Source of the DNA: Micavibrio sp.
GTDB taxonomy: Bacteria; Pseudomonadota; Alphaproteobacteria; UBA2400
DNA: 64,000 bases
Reading direction: 5' to 3'
Assembly: GCA_040376705.1 (NCBI GenBank)
Contig: JBEIQE010000004.1
Coordinates: 4,255-68,254 of the forward strand
The notes beneath the pieces were generated by a model. That model did no database searches. It saw only the letters and a program-made list of their open reading frames with translations, and had not been told where the DNA came from. The position numbers and the translations under genes are program-made. The first letter of the stretch is position 1; every line of letters begins with the position of its first letter. Shown piece by piece: positions 39,939-49,793 of the stretch.

Positions 39939-41902
39939 CAGCTATTCATTGCCTCCATCAATTCCTTGTCGAGGCCATAGTAGGCCGCACGTGACAGGAA
40001 GTTGGGACGAACGCCTGTGCAGACGAAGTCGCCCTGAATTTTACCGTTTTCATCCTCACCGCGGAATTGGAAGGTAAAGAGGTCCTGCATGGTCACGACC
40101 TCGCCTTCCATACCCACGATCTCGGAAATGTAGGTAATGCGGCGCTGACCGTCACGCATACGGCTGATCTGAACAATCATGTGAATAGCCGAAGCAACCT
40201 GCTGCTTAACCGCCTTGGACGGCAGGTTCATACCGGCCATACCCACCATGTTCTCGATACGCATTAGGGCTTCGCGCGGACGGTTGGCGTGGCATGTAGC
40301 AAACGAGCCATCGTGACCGGTGTTCATGGCCTGAAGCATGTCGAGCGCCTCAGCGCCGCGGACTTCGCCGAGGATGATGCGGTCAGGGCGCATACGCAGC
40401 GAGTTCTTTACAAGGTCACGCATGGAGACCTCGCCCTCGCCTTCAAGGTTAGCTGGGCGTGTTTCAAGACGAACCACATGTGGCTGCTGCAGCTGAAGTT
40501 CGGCGGCGTCCTCTACCGTTACAATACGCTCGCCAGCATCAATTGTTTGTGACAGCGCGTTAAGCAGCGTGGTTTTACCCGAACCCGTACCGCCCGAGAT
40601 GACGATGTTGAGACGGGCGCGGCCGGCAATACGCAGAACAGTGGCCATCTGTGCCGAAATATTCTGCTGCTTCTCCATGATGTCGAGGGAGATTTTCTTC
40701 TTCGAGAACTTACGAATGGACATCGAGCAACCATCAATCGCCAAAGGCGGAATGATGATATTCACACGGCTACCATCCTTGAGGCGGGCGTCGACCAGTG
40801 GCGTACTTTCGTCGACACGGCGACCTACAGCAGTAACAATACGCTGTGCAACGCTCATGGCATGGGCATTGTCGCGGAACTGGGCGTCCGTCAGCTCAAG
40901 CTTACCCTTGCGTTCGACGTAAATCTGCTTCGGGCCATTCACCAGAATATCGGTTACGCTATCATCGCCCAGCAGCGGCTCGAGCGGGCCGAGACCGAGC
41001 ATATCGTCGAGCATCTGCTCGATCAGCTCTTCACGTTCGGTTGAGTTCAGCTGCAGGCGCTGCTCAGCCAGAATTTCGCTGGTGATCGGGAAAATTTCCT
41101 TACGCAGCTGTTCGCGCGGCAGATTGGCCGCCGCCGATGTATCGATACGCTCGAGCAGAACCTGTTGAATCTTCGACTTGGCAAACTCAACGTTAGTCTT
41201 GTTGGCCGACATACGCGCCAGACGCTGCTGCGCCAGCTCGGTGCTGGTCGGTGCGTTATCTTCCTTCTTGGCAATACGCTCAACCTGTTGCTGCTCCATC
41301 GCAACCTTGGTCTGCTGCGCAATAATGGCGCGCTCACCCGCTTCTTCAGCCAGACGCTGAAGCGATTCAGGCGATACGTTCGAGCCAGCCGATATTTCAG
41401 CCTCAGCGGCCTGCTGCATCTGATCGACCAGGGTTGAGAGCAGCTCCTGCTGATTGGCAGCAGACAGCTCTTCGATCTCGGTGATCATCAGCTCTTTCAT
41501 CGTCGACTTCACTTCTTTGGCCAGCTGTGCGCGGTCGAGCGATGCAATGGTCAGCGGGTCGAGACGGTATTTGATTTCAGGCAGCACCTTCTCGGCCAGT
41601 GTCGGCACGAGAATGCGATCCGCCATCATGGTGATCAGCTGGCGCTGATCGAGCAAGGTCATACGGTCAATCTCGGGGCCCAGCAGTGAGGCGAGATTGT
41701 TTTTGATTTCACGCGAAATTTCAGGGCGCGTGAGCGAGGCTACCGTTGTAGGGCCAAGGCGCTGGCGCAAGGCCGGAATGAGCCTGTCAGCCAGTGCTGT
41801 TGTATCAGTGGGCGCAGCACTCGCAGCGCGTTGCTGCCGCGTTTGCTGCGGCGGAGGTGTCTCTTTTTCAGGCTTCTTGCCACCGAAGAACACTATGCTC
41901 AC
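39938..41902 (-). CDS. cpaF: Flp pilus assembly ATPase CpaF/TadA with extended N-terminus
   Basis: C-terminal VirB11/GspE-type ATPase (Walker [15 protein letters not shown]; Asp and His boxes), preceded by a ~200-aa coiled/repeat N-terminal extension not typical of ~450-500 aa CpaF. Confidence 0.9.
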   Translation of the reverse strand: MSIVFFGGKKPEKETPPPQQTRQQRAASAAPTDTTALADRLIPALRQRLGPTTVASLTRPEISREIKNNLASLLGPEIDRMTLLDQRQLITMMADRILVPTLAEKVLPEIKYRLDPLTIASLDRAQLAKEVKSTMKELMITEIEELSAANQQELLSTLVDQMQQAAEAEISAGSNVSPESLQRLAEEAGERAIIAQQTKVAMEQQQVERIAKKEDNAPTSTELAQQRLARMSANKTNVEFAKSKIQQVLLERIDTSAAANLPREQLRKEIFPITSEILAEQRLQLNSTEREELIEQMLDDMLGLGPLEPLLGDDSVTDILVNGPKQIYVERKGKLELTDAQFRDNAHAMSVAQRIVTAVGRRVDESTPLVDARLKDGSRVNIIIPPLAIDGCSMSIRKFSKKKISLDIMEKQQNISAQMATVLRIAGRARLNIVISGGTGSGKTTLLNALSQTIDAGERIVTVEDAAELQLQQPHVVRLETRPANLEGEGEVSMRDLVKNSLRMRPDRIILGEVRGAEALDMLQAMNTGHDGSFATCHANRPREALMRIENMVGMAGMNLPSKAVKQQVASAIHMIVQISRMRDGQRRITYISEIVGMEGEVVTMQDLFTFQFRGEDENGKIQGDFVCTGVRPNFLSRAAYYGLDKELMEAMNS

Positions 41903-43125
41903 CCCTTCTTAAACATGCCGAGAAGACCAGCAAGGCCTCCACTCTCGGCTGCGGCGCCCGCAATTGGCTGACCAATCATCATGCTGGAAATACCACGCAA
42001 TGATTTTGTAAGAGCTGTTGCAGCGCCCACGGTTGGAATTGACTTACCACGATTGGCACTGAGCTTGACCGTCTTGGGGTCATGCGGCACCAGCATCTCG
42101 ATTTTGATCTTGGCACTGCGCTCGAAGGTGGCGCGGTTGACCTGCGCATCGCCATCGCCGATACGACCAGCAATCAGGTGGATGGGGTTGGCATTCCCGA
42201 GATTCTGAATGGCGCTGATGATGCGCTGTGTATCGCGGATACCAGCCAGCGTGAGATCGGTCACAAGGAAGATGCGATCGGCCGAAACCAGCAGACGGCG
42301 GTGGCGCGAAACCATTGAGCGCGGCACGTCGATAATAATGTGATCGTACTCATCGCGCAGTTCCTTGAGCAGCGCTAAAGGACCGGCAGTTTCAAAATCG
42401 ATAACTTCTTCGAGGGATTCCTCGCCGCAGAAGACTGAGAGATGATCGCTCTCTTTGGCCATAGAGCTGTTGATCAGCAGGCTGTCCATACGGTCGGGAC
42501 TGGTGAGAACTTCGCGTAAACCCCGGCCGGGCTCGAGATCGAGCGAGAGATCGCAGTTACCGAATTGCAGGTCGAGATCAAGCAGAGCCACCTTCTGGGC
42601 AGCTTCATGTGCAATGATCCATGATGTATTAACAGCCATGGTGGTTGTACCCACACCGCCGCGCACACCGATGAATACATAGACACGGCCAGACTTGGCT
42701 TTCTTTTCTGACTTGTCATTATCCTTCGAGGCCAGCAGCGGAATAACCGCATCGCGCAACGCCACACTATTCATGGGCTTGACGAGGTAGTCAGCCGCGC
42801 CAGCCTGAATCATGCCGCGGTAGAAGGCCACATCATTAGCCGAACCAAGTGTCAGGATTTTGCTGCGCGAACCGCAGATCTTGACCAACTGGGTAACCAG
42901 CGCAGCCGGATCTTCGGCGCCATCAATATCAGCCAGAATAATGGCAGGCGGACGCGAACGGCTAACCGACTGGATAACCGTGGTCAGGTCGGCATTAACA
43001 ACGGTACCCGAAGGCCAGCCCTGCCCTTTAGCGCAGGCAACTGCAGCCTCATAAGTTTCCGGATCCTGCACCGCAGCAAGAAACTCGTGATGCAACTGCA
43101 GGGTTTTGCCACCATCAGGACGCAT
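41899..43125 (-). CDS. cpaE: pilus assembly protein CpaE/TadZ
   Basis: N-terminal receiver-like domain followed by a MinD/ParA-type ATPase with deviant Walker A (GVRGGVGTTTMAVN). Confidence 0.85.
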   Translation of the reverse strand: MRPDGGKTLQLHHEFLAAVQDPETYEAAVACAKGQGWPSGTVVNADLTTVIQSVSRSRPPAIILADIDGAEDPAALVTQLVKICGSRSKILTLGSANDVAFYRGMIQAGAADYLVKPMNSVALRDAVIPLLASKDNDKSEKKAKSGRVYVFIGVRGGVGTTTMAVNTSWIIAHEAAQKVALLDLDLQFGNCDLSLDLEPGRGLREVLTSPDRMDSLLINSSMAKESDHLSVFCGEESLEEVIDFETAGPLALLKELRDEYDHIIIDVPRSMVSRHRRLLVSADRIFLVTDLTLAGIRDTQRIISAIQNLGNANPIHLIAGRIGDGDAQVNRATFERSAKIKIEMLVPHDPKTVKLSANRGKSIPTVGAATALTKSLRGISSMMIGQPIAGAAAESGGLAGLLGMFKKG

Positions 43126-43144
43126 AAAATAACCTCTCCTAAAA

Positions 43145-43810
43145 CTAGTTGCCTACGATCTCGCCGGCATCCTGCAGCGGTGCTGGTACACCATTGCGAT
43201 AATTAACTTCACCACGCATCGGCGCATGACCGGTCGGCGCAGCAGGAACTTGACCTACAATCAGATCACGTGGATTGGCAATCATGGCCGCCAGATTCTG
43301 GCGATCAGCACAGCCGTGATTAGGAATAGGCTCTGAACCGAAAGTCATATTCGGGTGCATATCCCAATTCGGGCAGTTAGGGGCCTGAGCAATCAGGTGA
43401 TCAACCGCAATATTGACCTCTCCTGCAACCGGCTGAACGCCCGTTAGCGGATGAATGTGATAACCCGAGCTCCGCAGCATAGCTGAAAGCGCAGCTGCAC
43501 GTTGGCGTGCCACACGGTCGGCCCCCCGGCCGGGCTGCTCAACCATCACGGTGCGCTCGCCATCCTGTACGGTACGATTAAGGAAGTCGGACAGATAAGC
43601 CTTCTCGTCATCAGAGATATGCATCTTGCCCGGTGCGAAGCTTACAGCATGCCACGAGCGTGTAGGCGATACGGTAATCTGCTTGTCTTCATAGGCCGGG
43701 CGCGGCGTAGGCAACGTGCTCTGTGCGTGCTTTTCCCAATCGGCACAGCCGGTGAGCATGGTTAGACCAGCAAGAAGAACCAGCTGAGCTGAAAAAGTGA
43801 CTCTCTGCAT
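43145..43810 (-). CDS. cpaD: pilus assembly lipoprotein CpaD
   Basis: Start reset to MQRVTFSAQLVLLAGLTMLTGC (lipobox). Position between the secretin gene and cpaE. Confidence 0.7.
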   Translation of the reverse strand: MQRVTFSAQLVLLAGLTMLTGCADWEKHAQSTLPTPRPAYEDKQITVSPTRSWHAVSFAPGKMHISDDEKAYLSDFLNRTVQDGERTVMVEQPGRGADRVARQRAAALSAMLRSSGYHIHPLTGVQPVAGEVNIAVDHLIAQAPNCPNWDMHPNMTFGSEPIPNHGCADRQNLAAMIANPRDLIVGQVPAAPTGHAPMRGEVNYRNGVPAPLQDAGEIVGN

Positions 43811-43820
43811 TTCAATTCTC

Positions 43821-45284
43821 CTACTGCAAAACATAACCGACATCACCAACCAGGCCACCCTCGGCCGTGCTGGTGCCCTCGCGGGCAACCGGAACACGCG
43901 CTGGCGTTGGCCGCTCGCTGTTCATGCGGCCGTTCAGCCAGCGGTCGATATCATTAGGCGGAACATAACCGTCAGTCGGCGAAGCTACCTGCGATGCGTT
44001 GACGGGCTTGACCAGATACGGGGTAACCACAATCACCAGCTCGGTCTGGTTCTGGCGGAAGCGGTCCGAACGGAACAGCGCGCCAAGTACCGGAATATCA
44101 GCAAGGCCCGGGAACTTCTGTACGTTCTGGGTTGAGTTGTTCTGGATCAGACCAGCAATAGCAAAGCTCTGGCCCGAGCCCAACTCGATGCTGGTTTCAG
44201 CACGGCGGGTTGTTACACCCGGAATTTCACCGGCACCGAAGTTCACCGAACGTGAGTCATCGCGCTCACTCACTTCAGGACGTACGCGCATGCTGATGCG
44301 GCTGCCATTCACAATAGTTGGTGTGAATGAAAGGCGCACACCGAACTCACGGAACTCAACCGAGACTTCACCCTCACCCGATACCACCGGAATGGGGAAC
44401 TCACCACCGGCGAGGAAGGACGCGGTTTCGCCTGAAAGAGCAGTAAGGTTCGGCTCAGCCAGAATTGTAGCAAGGCCATCCTCGACCAGCGCCTCAAGTG
44501 TTGCACTGAGGGGCGTTGCACCAATAACGCTGGAGACACCCACAAGAGCGTTGTTTTCAGTGGTTGCAATACCAGCATCAAACGAGAAGCCGATGTTACC
44601 CGTATCACTGCCGACACCGGTTGAAATACCAAGGGTCTTGGCCGATTCACGGCTGACTTCGGCAATACGCACACGCAGGTTTACCTGGTTGTTACCGTCA
44701 ATGCTCATGCGGTTGATGATGTAGTTACGGCCAAGATCAACCTGATCGCCACCACCACCACTTGCCACGATGGCCTGCGGCAGGTAACGCGTCGCCACCT
44801 TCACCACATCCTGCGCCATGCTGGCGTTATCCACACTGCCCGAGAGCAGGATCATGTCTTCAATAGAGCTGGCCTGAACACGGTTGTTACCGGTAATACG
44901 GCTGATTGCACTACGCAGGCCGGCCAGATTAAGGCCAACCACCAGCTTGCGGCTGATCAGGACATTATCCTCGGCATCTACGGCGTAGAATGTCGTTTGG
45001 CCAGGGCGCAGACCAAAGAGATAAAGCATCTGCCCGGATTTGACCTGCACATCGGCAATCGCGGCGTTGGCAACGAATACTGAAGTTGCGGCACCCGGCA
45101 GGCGAATGACCTGAGCTTCGTCAACAATCAGGCTGACGGTTTCAGTCGGACCCGAAAGCACGGCCTCGGCAGCCGGCGTGGTAACCGGCTCGTCCATAGC
45201 GCCAGAAGCCTTGACCGATGCCAGAGGGGCAGACAGCAGCAACACAAGGGCTGCTGCAGAAATAAGTTTTAAAACGTGACGCAT
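43821..45284 (-). CDS. cpaC: Flp pilus secretin CpaC/RcpA
   Basis: Signal peptide, N-terminal BON-like region and a C-terminal secretin domain (…VPVLGALFRSDRF….ELVIVVTPYLVKP). Confidence 0.9.
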   Translation of the reverse strand: MRHVLKLISAAALVLLLSAPLASVKASGAMDEPVTTPAAEAVLSGPTETVSLIVDEAQVIRLPGAATSVFVANAAIADVQVKSGQMLYLFGLRPGQTTFYAVDAEDNVLISRKLVVGLNLAGLRSAISRITGNNRVQASSIEDMILLSGSVDNASMAQDVVKVATRYLPQAIVASGGGGDQVDLGRNYIINRMSIDGNNQVNLRVRIAEVSRESAKTLGISTGVGSDTGNIGFSFDAGIATTENNALVGVSSVIGATPLSATLEALVEDGLATILAEPNLTALSGETASFLAGGEFPIPVVSGEGEVSVEFREFGVRLSFTPTIVNGSRISMRVRPEVSERDDSRSVNFGAGEIPGVTTRRAETSIELGSGQSFAIAGLIQNNSTQNVQKFPGLADIPVLGALFRSDRFRQNQTELVIVVTPYLVKPVNASQVASPTDGYVPPNDIDRWLNGRMNSERPTPARVPVAREGTSTAEGGLVGDVGYVLQ

Positions 45285-45298
45285 GGTATTGGCCCCTC

Positions 45299-46237
45299 TT
45301 ACTTGACTTGAACTTCGGTGGCAGAAGCACCGCGCATAACATTAATCGATGTAACCGTGCCCGAGCCCGGACCCGCAGCCGACCCGGTACCACCTGGTGC
45401 AGCGATGATCTGGCTCAGGTCGCTATCTAGCGTAAATGTACGGTTACTCAGCTCATCGGCTACGGTGGCGCCCGGGGTGAGGATGTCAGCTGGCGTTGCT
45501 GCCGCTTCTTGCGTCATGCTCAGCGGGCGCAAGATTAACCTGAGCTCGCCCATACGCTGCCCCAGCGAAATACGCTCAGCCTGCTCTGGAGTTACTTCAA
45601 AAGTCACAACACGGCCAACTGCCGGTGCCTGCTCCTGATCACCGCTACGCTGATCAACTGCAATAACGCGAATGTTATGCAAAATGGTTTCAGTAACATT
45701 GTGTGCACGCTGCTGGCCGTTAGGATCGCCAAGGTTGACCACATGTGACAGCAACAAGTCGACATAGTCGCCAGGGAAGATAAAGCCGGCCAGACCGGTT
45801 GTTTCGGTAATGGGAAGTGATACAGCACGTGTACCCGGCTTCAAAACAGCAGCCAGGAAGCCGCTTTCGCCACGCTTGATGAGGTTGGTGCGGATAACCG
45901 GTTCGCCCGATCGCATACCGCCGCGCACGACTGCACCATCAAACTCTTCAACTGTGCCAACGCCCTGCTGGACATAAGCGGTCTGGTCGATAGCGTCACG
46001 CGGCCAAGGGCGGAACACCAGGCTGCTGGCCTGAATGATGCTGCCTGATGGCAGGTCCTTGGCGGCAACCACGATCTGGCTGGACTCCTGCACAGGGGCC
46101 TGAACCTGCGCGCTCGTAGCAGGTTGTGGTGCGGGCGCAGATTGCTGAACCATACGTGCGAAGTAGAAAACACCCGCAGCGATAAGACCTGCAATAAGCA
46201 ACACCACTACTAGTCGACGACCCATGACATCCTCCAA
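45299..46237 (-). CDS. cpaB: Flp pilus assembly protein CpaB/RcpC
   Basis: N-terminal TM anchor with SAF- and RcpC-like domains, followed by a Pro/Ala/Gln-rich region. Confidence 0.85.
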   Translation of the reverse strand: MEDVMGRRLVVVLLIAGLIAAGVFYFARMVQQSAPAPQPATSAQVQAPVQESSQIVVAAKDLPSGSIIQASSLVFRPWPRDAIDQTAYVQQGVGTVEEFDGAVVRGGMRSGEPVIRTNLIKRGESGFLAAVLKPGTRAVSLPITETTGLAGFIFPGDYVDLLLSHVVNLGDPNGQQRAHNVTETILHNIRVIAVDQRSGDQEQAPAVGRVVTFEVTPEQAERISLGQRMGELRLILRPLSMTQEAAATPADILTPGATVADELSNRTFTLDSDLSQIIAAPGGTGSAAGPGSGTVTSINVMRGASATEVQVK

Positions 46238-46252
46238 TCAGCTCTTCACAAC

Positions 46253-46837
46253 TTATCTTAACTGCCCTGTAATGCTTGCGAAAACGTAAACACCGCCTAT
46301 TGCAATGGCAACCCCATAAGGAATAGGCGTTTTTAAAAAACCCTGTTGCCCAAGAGGCGCTACCGTTACGTCGCTATCCGTATGCGGCAAGTCTCGCTGT
46401 ACCGCAATCACTTTTGTCGCAATCAGGCCATAATGCGCAGCCCAAGCCTTAGCGAGATAAACCAGCGACAACACACCACCAGCTGCAGCTGAATAAACCA
46501 GCATCGGTACGAGGTATGTCGGGCCCGACCAGAATGCCAGAACCGAAAACAGCTTTACATCGCCACCACCCAGCAGGCCGGCTGCGAACAAAAGCGTACC
46601 AGCCGCAAAAAACAGAATGAAGCAGGCCAAGTGCGTAACCCAGTTAAACCCTGCCGCATGGAAGCTTGAAACCACCGCAAACACCAGCCCAAGCGCCAGT
46701 AACGCCGCATTAAGCCAGTTGGGAATAATGAACTTGCGCACATCGATAATAGCTGCGAGCACGACAAGCACCAGCGCCGCGACAACCAATCCAAGTCGCA
46801 GCATATTCAGCCAGTCGTTTGCGGGCACCTCAGCCAA
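46253..46837 (-). CDS. cpaA: prepilin peptidase CpaA/TadV (A24 family)
   Basis: 194-aa polytopic membrane protein with the conserved Asp pair context (…DVRKFIIPNWLN…. GGGDVKLF). Confidence 0.85.
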   Translation of the reverse strand: MAEVPANDWLNMLRLGLVVAALVLVVLAAIIDVRKFIIPNWLNAALLALGLVFAVVSSFHAAGFNWVTHLACFILFFAAGTLLFAAGLLGGGDVKLFSVLAFWSGPTYLVPMLVYSAAAGGVLSLVYLAKAWAAHYGLIATKVIAVQRDLPHTDSDVTVAPLGQQGFLKTPIPYGVAIAIGGVYVFASITGQLR

Positions 46838-46982
46838 GTATTTCCCTTCTCCGTAAGGAGGTTAGCTCGCTGAGTTTATGCCAGATGTTGAGTTCCCCCA
46901 AGCGCGCTGAACAGCGAGAAGAACTCTACAGGTCAGTGTTACGCAAATAACACATATCAAGTGGGGAGATACCGCAAATTGC

Positions 46983-47165
46983 TTAGGTCAGGTTAGCCGC
47001 GACACCGTTAAAAGTATTGCCCATATGACCGCCGATCGCGATAGCACCAGCTAGAATCGCCATACAGATAAGAGACGCGATGAGGGCGTACTCAATGGAG
47101 GTTGTACCACGCTGACAAAGCAATACTGAGCCGATCAGGCCTAAGCCTACGTCTTGCTTTTTCAT
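46983..47165 (-). CDS. flp: Flp-family pilin (copy 1)
   Basis: MKKQDVGLGLIGSVLLCQRG/TTSIEYALIASLICMAILAGAIAIG… contains the Flp processing motif G/XXXXEY followed by a hydrophobic stretch. GGGAGG lies 6-7 nt upstream of this ATG, so the track's longer ORF start is rejected. Confidence 0.8.
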   Translation of the reverse strand: MKKQDVGLGLIGSVLLCQRGTTSIEYALIASLICMAILAGAIAIGGHMGNTFNGVAANLT

Positions 47166-47254
47166 GCTAGCCTCCCGCAGATCCTCAGCAACAAGCTTAA
47201 GCCCACAAGGTTTCCACTTCGTTAACCTGTCAGGCATATTTGCAGCGACTTTGC

Positions 47255-47297
47255 TAATAAAAATACAAAGGCGCGCAGTGGTTGCCCACTGCGCGCT
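47255..47297 (-). terminator. intrinsic terminator between the two flp genes
   Basis: Perfect 11-bp stem GCGCGCAGTGG-TTGC-CCACTGCGCGC followed, on the minus strand, by TTTGTATTTTTATT. Confidence 0.65.
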
Positions 47298-47318
47298 CCG
47301 TAGATACCAAGAACTGGA

Positions 47319-47480
47319 TTAGTCCAGGTTTTCGGCGATGTTGTCGAAGGTGTTGGCCAGGTTGTCACCGATCAGCGATGCGCCGGCGATAATGGCAACA
47401 GCAATGAGGGCTGCAATCAGGCCGTATTCAATAGCCGTCGCACCCGACTCATTCTTCATCATACGAGTAATCAAAGTCAT
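47319..47480 (-). CDS. flp: Flp-family pilin (copy 2, 53 aa, absent from the ORF track)
   Basis: MTLITRMMKNESG/ATAIEYGLIAALIAVAIIAGASLIGDNLANTFDNIAENLD shows the classic Flp prepilin motif. GGAGGA lies 8 nt upstream. Confidence 0.8.
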   Translation of the reverse strand: MTLITRMMKNESGATAIEYGLIAALIAVAIIAGASLIGDNLANTFDNIAENLD

Positions 47481-47559
47481 AGTTTTCCTCCAAATAGCAA
47501 TGGTCAGGCGACAGCGCCCATACCCTCATGCAAGTTACACCCGATAACCTATACAACCA

Positions 47560-47860
47560 AACCCGAATTAAGGACCAGTTAAATTACGGCAGGATCGAGG
47601 CAAAAATCTGCGCGCATTGTGATTGAAAAGTAAAGTAAATGTATATTGTATTTTATTTACTTGATAAGCCTAAGTAATAGCTCAAACTATTTTGACATCT
47701 TTAAATATAGAAAAAATCTAAGCTCTAATTTTACTTAAAAAGACAACAAAGAAAAACGGTAGCATAGAGACAGTTTGCTTGTGATTATCTACCCGAATCC
47801 ATGGAAATGGCGTAGCGTCATTATAAGTTTGGCTGGTTTACTTTAGTTTCCGTCTCAGTT
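47560..47860 (-). promoter_or_regulatory. AT-rich flp promoter region with CtrA-type box TTAA-N7-TTAA
   Basis: About 25-30% GC across 47.62-47.80 kb versus ~60% genome-wide. TTAAGGACCAGTTAA at 47568..47582 matches the CtrA full-site consensus and lies about 90 bp upstream of flp copy 2. Confidence 0.45.
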
Positions 47861-48043
47861 TTCGGCGTGCTTTTTACGCAACAAGAACTCAAGTTTTTTT
47901 ACTGCAGCCCGCGCGAGCGCCTGCTCGCCTGCGCTTGCAGGCCCCTGCAACACCGCTTCTGTGCCAGTGGCAGGATCAACCGCTGTCACTTTCACGATTG
48001 CGCCGATGCGCTGGTATTCAACAAAGTATCCGTCATCAGCCAT
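47855..48043 (-). CDS. small hypothetical protein (62 aa)
   Basis: ORF with GC-normal codon usage (MADDGYFVEYQRIGAIVKVTAVDPATGTEAV…), divergent from gcdH. No motif recognised. Confidence 0.4.
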   Translation of the reverse strand: MADDGYFVEYQRIGAIVKVTAVDPATGTEAVLQGPASAGEQALARAAVKKLEFLLRKKHAEN

Positions 48044-48099
48044 GGTAATTTCCTGTTATCACCATATTATGCACATAAATGTAAATGTGGAGGAACAAT

Positions 48100-49281
48100 A
48101 TGGCAGAGCGCACATCATTTGACTGGCAAGACCCGCTGCAGCTGGGAGCCCTCCTCTCTGAGGATGACCGCCTGATCCGCGATTCTGCCCGTGCCTACTG
48201 CCAGGAACAGCTCCTGCCCCGAGTGAAGGAAGCTAACCGGCACGAGAAATTCGACCGCGAGATCATGCGAGAGATGGGCAAACTCGGCCTTTTGGGCGCA
48301 ACCCTCGAGGGTTATGGCTGCGCTGGCGCCTCTTACACCGCCTACGGCCTGATCGCGCGTGAGGTTGAGCGCGTGGATAGCTCCTACCGCTCAGCCATGT
48401 CCGTACAATCAAGCCTTGTGATGTACCCTATTTATGCCTTCGGCTCGGATGAGCAAAAACAGAAATGGCTACCCGGTCTCGCCAAAGGCGATCTGGTAGG
48501 TTGCTTTGGCCTGACCGAGGCCGATGGTGGGTCCGACCCCGGCGCGATGCGTACCAGAGCCAAGAAAAACGGCAAGAACTGGGTGCTCAATGGCAGCAAG
48601 ATGTGGATTACCAACTCCCCCATCGCTGATGTCTGCGTGGTCTGGGCCAAGGATGATGCAGGCGATATTCGCGGTTTTATTGTTGAGCGCGACCGCAAAG
48701 GCCTCACTACGCCCAAAATCGAGGGTAAATTCTCGCTCCGCGCCTCAACCACCGGCGAGATTGCGCTGGCAGATGTCGAAATTCCTGAAGAAAACATGCT
48801 ACCCGCCGTAAAGGGCCTCAAAGGGCCATTCAGCTGCCTGAATATGGCGCGTTATGGCATCAGCTGGGGTGTTTTGGGCGCAGCAGAGTTCTGCTGGCAT
48901 ACAGCACGCGACTATGTCATGGACCGCGTTGTTTTCGGGCGGCCACTCGGCGCAACACAGCTCATCCAGAAGCGTCTGGCTGATATGCAGACTGAAATTA
49001 CGCTTGGCCTTTCCGCCGCGCAGCACCTTGGCCTGCTGATGGACAAGGGCCATGTGGTGCCCGAAGCGATCTCGCTGCTCAAGCGCAATAACTGCGGCAA
49101 GGCCATTGCCGTCGCCCGCGATGCACGCGATATGCTGGGCGGTAACGGCATTTCAGATGAATATGGCATCATCCGCCATGTCATGAACCTTGAGGCGGTA
49201 AACACCTACGAGGGTACACATGACATTCACGCGCTTATACTGGGCCGTGCCATGACCGGCATTGCCGCTTTCAGCTCTTAA
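48100..49281 (+). CDS. gcdH: glutaryl-CoA dehydrogenase
   Basis: ACAD fold with a GCDH-type N-terminus ([27 protein letters not shown]) and [15 protein letters not shown]. The start is reset to MAERTSF. Confidence 0.8.
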   Translation: MAERTSFDWQDPLQLGALLSEDDRLIRDSARAYCQEQLLPRVKEANRHEKFDREIMREMGKLGLLGATLEGYGCAGASYTAYGLIAREVERVDSSYRSAMSVQSSLVMYPIYAFGSDEQKQKWLPGLAKGDLVGCFGLTEADGGSDPGAMRTRAKKNGKNWVLNGSKMWITNSPIADVCVVWAKDDAGDIRGFIVERDRKGLTTPKIEGKFSLRASTTGEIALADVEIPEENMLPAVKGLKGPFSCLNMARYGISWGVLGAAEFCWHTARDYVMDRVVFGRPLGATQLIQKRLADMQTEITLGLSAAQHLGLLMDKGHVVPEAISLLKRNNCGKAIAVARDARDMLGGNGISDEYGIIRHVMNLEAVNTYEGTHDIHALILGRAMTGIAAFSS

Positions 49282-49290
49282 GGAGATATC

Positions 49291-49782
49291 ATGCGTATTC
49301 TTGCTCTGGTACTTATGCTCATGGCCCTGCCCGCTTATGCCGAAAGCGTGCCCGCGCCTGTTGCCCCTGTAGTGCAGCAGCCTGAAGCCCCCAAATCCCC
49401 ACGGGCTGACTACCGCCGCGCCGAGCGCTCGCCTCTGGCGGGTGACTTCAGTGAGTATACCGCTGGTAAAATTGCCTTCCTGCGGGCAGAGCTGCAGATT
49501 ACCGAGGCGCAGGAGCCCAATTTCGCCAGCTTTGTGGAAATTCTGAAGCGCTATTCTGACGGCATGAACAAACACCGCGAGACCATGCGCGAACAGCGCC
49601 GCGACATGCAGGCCGAGAACCAGAGCAACCTCGCCACCCGCCTAGGCCTGCGCATCGGCACGATGGAGCAGGACGTGCAGGCGCTCAAGATCCTGCAGCG
49701 TGCGCTGGCCGAGTTCTATGCCGTCCTTACAGACGAGCAGAAGAAATCTGCCGATAATCTGCTCGCCCACCTCGCCCGCTAA
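49291..49782 (+). CDS. Spy/CpxP-like periplasmic protein (LTxxQ motif)
   Basis: Signal peptide, an all-helical charged protein with the LTDEQKK motif near the C-terminus. Confidence 0.55.
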   Translation: MRILALVLMLMALPAYAESVPAPVAPVVQQPEAPKSPRADYRRAERSPLAGDFSEYTAGKIAFLRAELQITEAQEPNFASFVEILKRYSDGMNKHRETMREQRRDMQAENQSNLATRLGLRIGTMEQDVQALKILQRALAEFYAVLTDEQKKSADNLLAHLAR

Positions 49783-49793
49783 GGAATAGACTT

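Noticed and set aside
46983-47237. Track's 84-aa version of the flp copy-1 ORF
   Set aside because: The internal ATG at 47165 has a GGGAGG RBS and yields a canonical ~60-aa Flp prepilin. The upstream extension would run through the inter-flp terminator.
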